Source: Candidatus Dormiibacterota bacterium (GTDB lineage: Bacteria; Chloroflexota; Dormibacteria; Dormibacterales; Dormibacteraceae). From it: a stretch of DNA of 64,000 nucleotides. The stretch spans positions 18,836-82,835 of the forward strand of contig DATKSS010000007.1 in assembly GCA_035531515.1 (NCBI GenBank). Direction: 5' to 3'. The notes beneath the pieces were generated by a model. It searched no databases and was not told where the DNA came from. It was given only the letters and a program-made list of their open reading frames with translations. The position numbers and the translations under genes were made by a program. Of the stretch, positions 61,437 through 64,000 are shown piece after piece (within the stretch, counting starts at the first letter, position 1; every line of letters starts with the position of its first letter).

Positions 61437-62625
61437 GCCGGGTCTCCAGCTCGGCCTCGATCAGCGTGCGCGCGTGCTCGAACGGGATGCGGTCGAGCAC
61501 GTCGCCGAAAAAGCCCTGCACCAGCATGCGTCGCGCCGTCGCCTCTGGGATCCCTCGCGAGCGCAGGTAGAACATGTGCTGCGGGTCGATCGGGCCGACC
61601 GTCGCGCCGTGCGTGCATCGCACGTCGTTGTTGTCGATCTCGAGCATCGGGATCGAGGTCGCCTTCGCGTGGTCGGAGAGCACGAGGTTACGGTTCGCCT
61701 GGTAGGCGTCTGAGCGCGCGGCGCCCTTCTCAATCTTGATCAATCCGGCGTAGACGGTCCGCGCCACGTCCTGGAGCGCGCCTTTGAAAAGCAGGTCGGA
61801 TCGGGTGTTGCCGACCTGGTGGTCCTGCAGCGTGTGAAAGTCGAAGAACTGCTCGCCCGAGGCGAGATAGATCGCTTTGAGCTCCGCGTCCGCGCCCGGA
61901 CCGACAAGAGACGCCTCTACTCGCGTCTTGGAGAAACGCGCGCCCAGCGTGACGTCGAAGAGGCGCAGGGTCGAATCTTTCTGCAGCTGCGCGCGCTGGT
62001 CGGCGAAGTGCCAGGCGTTACGACCCCACTTCTGGACTGAGACATACCCGACCTCCGAGCCCTCGCCCAGGTAGATCTCGGCCGATCCGCTGCGGTATCC
62101 CGACTCCTCGGAGTCGTCGCCGATGTACTCGTCCAGGTAGTGGAAGCGCGCGCCCCGCCCGGCCACGATCAGGGTGTGGGGAAGGACGAAGTTGCCGCCT
62201 GCGTGCGAGAGGTGCCGTCCGAGGATGGGCTCCTCTATGACCACGCCGTCGGGCACGTAAAGGAACGTGCCGCCGGTGAAGAAGGCCGCGTGCAGGGCGT
62301 TGAACCGGTCTCGGTCAGAGCCGATGAGCGAGAAGAGCCTCGGCTCGACCAGCTCGCGATTCTCGCTGGCGGCTTCGCGCAGCGGCTTGAGGATGACGCC
62401 CGCCGGCAGGCGCCCGGCGTCGAGCTTGAGCCCTTCCCGGTGCTCGAGCTCCGAGTAGGCGGAGACGTCGAACCCGCTGACGTCGGTGCGGCGCCATTCC
62501 TCGTCGGTCTTGCTCGGCATCGGAAGCCGTTCATAAGTCGCCAGCGCGGCGCGCCTGCGATCGCTTAGCCAGCCCGGTTCACCCTGGAGCTCCGTCCTCC
62601 CCAGGGTCGCTGCGGTGATTGCCAT
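61429..62625 (-). CDS. sufD: Fe-S cluster assembly protein SufD
   Basis: Start at the internal Met (MAITAATLGRTELQGEPGWL), 2 nt after the sufB stop. C-terminal SufB/D beta-helix blocks (GATVGPIDPQHMFYLRSRGI). 398 aa. Confidence 0.85.
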   Translation of the reverse strand: MAITAATLGRTELQGEPGWLSDRRRAALATYERLPMPSKTDEEWRRTDVSGFDVSAYSELEHREGLKLDAGRLPAGVILKPLREAASENRELVEPRLFSLIGSDRDRFNALHAAFFTGGTFLYVPDGVVIEEPILGRHLSHAGGNFVLPHTLIVAGRGARFHYLDEYIGDDSEESGYRSGSAEIYLGEGSEVGYVSVQKWGRNAWHFADQRAQLQKDSTLRLFDVTLGARFSKTRVEASLVGPGADAELKAIYLASGEQFFDFHTLQDHQVGNTRSDLLFKGALQDVARTVYAGLIKIEKGAARSDAYQANRNLVLSDHAKATSIPMLEIDNNDVRCTHGATVGPIDPQHMFYLRSRGIPEATARRMLVQGFFGDVLDRIPFEHARTLIEAELETRLG

Positions 62626-62627
62626 GG

Positions 62628-64000
62628 TCAGCCTACCGAGCCCTCCATCTCGAGCTGGATGAGCCGGTTCAGCTCCACCGCGTACTCGAGAGGAAGCTCC
62701 TTGGTGAACGGTTCGATGAAGCCGTTGACGATCATCGTCTCGGCCTCGGCGCGCGGGATGCCGCGGCTCATCAGGTAGAAGAGCTGCTCGTCCGACACCT
62801 TGCTCACGGTCGCCTCGTGGCCGAGGGTCACGTTCTCCGCGTCGACGTCGTTGTACGGGTACGTGTCCGAGCGCGATTCGTCGTCGAGCAGCAGCGCATC
62901 GCACTTGACGAACGACTTGCAGTTGTTCGCGCCAGGGTAGATCTTGATGTGGCCGCGGTACGAGGTCCGCCCGCCGTTCTTGGAGATCGACTTCGACGTG
63001 ATGGTCGAGGTGGTGTTGGGCGCGACGTGGATCATCTTGCCGCCTGCGTCCTGGTGCTGGCCCTTGCCGGCAAACGCCACCGAAAGCACGTCTCCCTTGG
63101 CGCCGGGCTCCATCAGGTACACGCTCGGGTACTTCATGGTGATCTGCGACCCGAGGTTGCCGTCGACCCACTCCATGGTCGCGTCACCGAACACCATCGC
63201 ACGCTTGGTGACGAGGTTGAAGACGTTGGTCGACCAGTTCTGAATCGTCGTGTAGCGGCAGCGTGCGTTCTTTTTCACGATGATCTCGACCACCGCCGAG
63301 TGGAGCGAATCGCTGGTGTAGATCGGCGCCGTGCAGCCCTCGATGTAGTGGACGAACGATCCCTCGTCGCAGATGATCAGCGTGCGCTCGAACTGGCCCA
63401 TGTTCTCGGCGTTGATTCGGAAGTACGCCTGCAGCGGGATGTCGACCCGCACTCCCTTCGGCACATAGATGAAGGAACCGCCGGACCACACCGCGGTGTT
63501 CAGCGCCGCGAACTTGTTGTCCGCAGGCGGGATGATCGTGCCGAAGTACTCTTTGAACAGCTCTGGGTGATCACGCAGCGCGGAGTCCGTGTCGGTGAAG
63601 ATGACGCCCTTCTTCGAGAGCTCCTCGTGCAGGGAGTGGTAGACGACCTCCGACTCATACTGGGCCGACACGCCCGCGAGGAACTTGCGCTCAGCCTCGG
63701 GCACGCCCAGGCGGTCGTAGGTCTTCTTGATGTCCGGGGGCAGCTCCTCCCACGTCTTCGACTGCTTGTCGGAGGCCCGCAAGTAATAGAAGATGTTCTC
63801 GAAGTCGATGACCGACAGGTCGGCGCCCCACGTGGGCATGGGCTTCTTGCGGAAGATCTCGAGCGAGCGCAGCCGCATCTTCAGCATCCACTCGGGCTCT
63901 TTCTTCATCCACGAGATCTCCTTGACGATCTCGGGGTTCAGGCCGCGCTTGGCCTTGAAGACGTAGTCCTCGGGAACGAAGAATCCGTACTTCTCCTTGT
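62628..64000 (-). CDS. sufB: Fe-S cluster assembly protein SufB; N-terminus beyond window edge
   Basis: Highly conserved SufB sequence ([29 protein letters not shown]). The frame stays open upstream of the Met at 63908 through 64000 ([30 protein letters not shown]). Confidence 0.9.
   Translation of the reverse strand, partial: KEKYGFFVPEDYVFKAKRGLNPEIVKEISWMKKEPEWMLKMRLRSLEIFRKKPMPTWGADLSVIDFENIFYYLRASDKQSKTWEELPPDIKKTYDRLGVPEAERKFLAGVSAQYESEVVYHSLHEELSKKGVIFTDTDSALRDHPELFKEYFGTIIPPADNKFAALNTAVWSGGSFIYVPKGVRVDIPLQAYFRINAENMGQFERTLIICDEGSFVHYIEGCTAPIYTSDSLHSAVVEIIVKKNARCRYTTIQNWSTNVFNLVTKRAMVFGDATMEWVDGNLGSQITMKYPSVYLMEPGAKGDVLSVAFAGKGQHQDAGGKMIHVAPNTTSTITSKSISKNGGRTSYRGHIKIYPGANNCKSFVKCDALLLDDESRSDTYPYNDVDAENVTLGHEATVSKVSDEQLFYLMSRGIPRAEAETMIVNGFIEPFTKELPLEYAVELNRLIQLEMEGSVG

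Noticed and set aside
48397-63171. N-terminal extensions in the track ORFs: E2 to 49911, citrate synthase A to 58620, citrate synthase B to 57043, SufD to 63171, SufS to 61269, SufU to 59957, membrane protein to 55998.
   Set aside because: The extensions are Arg/Pro/Gly-rich, overlap the upstream gene, and precede internal starts that align with the conserved family N-termini and sit at typical stop/start junctions.
1-64000. CRISPR arrays, rRNA genes, IS elements, toxin-antitoxin pairs, reverse transcriptases and known defence-system genes.
   Set aside because: I saw no regularly spaced repeats, cas genes, transposase or RT motifs, or rRNA-like sequence on reading the window and the ORF track. 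The only repeats found are those listed as features.

Overview
High-G+C bacterial chromosomal segment. A peptidoglycan amidase, signal-peptide and Cys-anchored proteins, and a Suf operon with SufU, Rieske and DUF59 genes suggest an Actinomycetota/Chloroflexota-like lineage. Genes are densely packed, with many GTG/TTG starts and 1-8 nt start/stop overlaps (ATGA, GTGA, TTGA). About 75 protein genes and two tRNA-Arg genes are supported. I saw no rRNA, CRISPR array, transposase or prophage.

Gene content in window order:
- partial NhaP-type antiporter
- ATP-dependent DNA ligase and beta-CASP exonuclease repair locus
- NnrE, a SufR-like regulator, and an ArsR-SRPBCC pair
- cNMP-binding protein, alpha/beta hydrolase, USP, XerC/D-type recombinase
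- envelope cluster: paralogous Cys-anchored secreted proteins, Amidase_3, two divergent tRNA-Arg
- methyltransferases, hemolysin-III
- acyl-CoA carboxyltransferase plus crotonase, MntP
- MerR, Zn-ribbon and metalloprotease trio
- HelY-like helicase coupled to DUF503, pyrE-pyrC
- orphan ParA module
- ACAD-MFS-ureohydrolase-FAD oxidase operon
- ThpR, GlcG, SDRs
- four-gene GT2, GMC oxidoreductase, SDR epimerase and GT-C-like operon
- E3, fused E1-alpha/beta and E2 2-oxoacid dehydrogenase operon
- two further GT-C-like membrane proteins
- two translationally coupled citrate synthase paralogues
- suf operon (sufB-sufD-Rieske-sufS-sufU-rhodanese-sufT) running off the 3' edge

Most interesting observations:
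1. The GT2/GMC/SDR/GT-C operon looks like a non-orthologous analogue of the DprE1/DprE2 lipid-linked sugar epimerisation route.
2. Two bridging mini-ORFs and a repeated 35-nt stem-loop sit inside the suf operon, next to a 41-nt duplication of the sufU 5' end.
3. One of the tandem citrate synthases carries Glu in place of the catalytic Asp.
4. One of the two divergent tRNA-Arg genes has the bacterially unusual anticodon GCG.
5. The ligase-associated repair locus lacks Lhr and PdeM and is split by a Cys-rich two-gene cassette.

All functional calls rest on motifs read by eye from the translations. No database search was possible.
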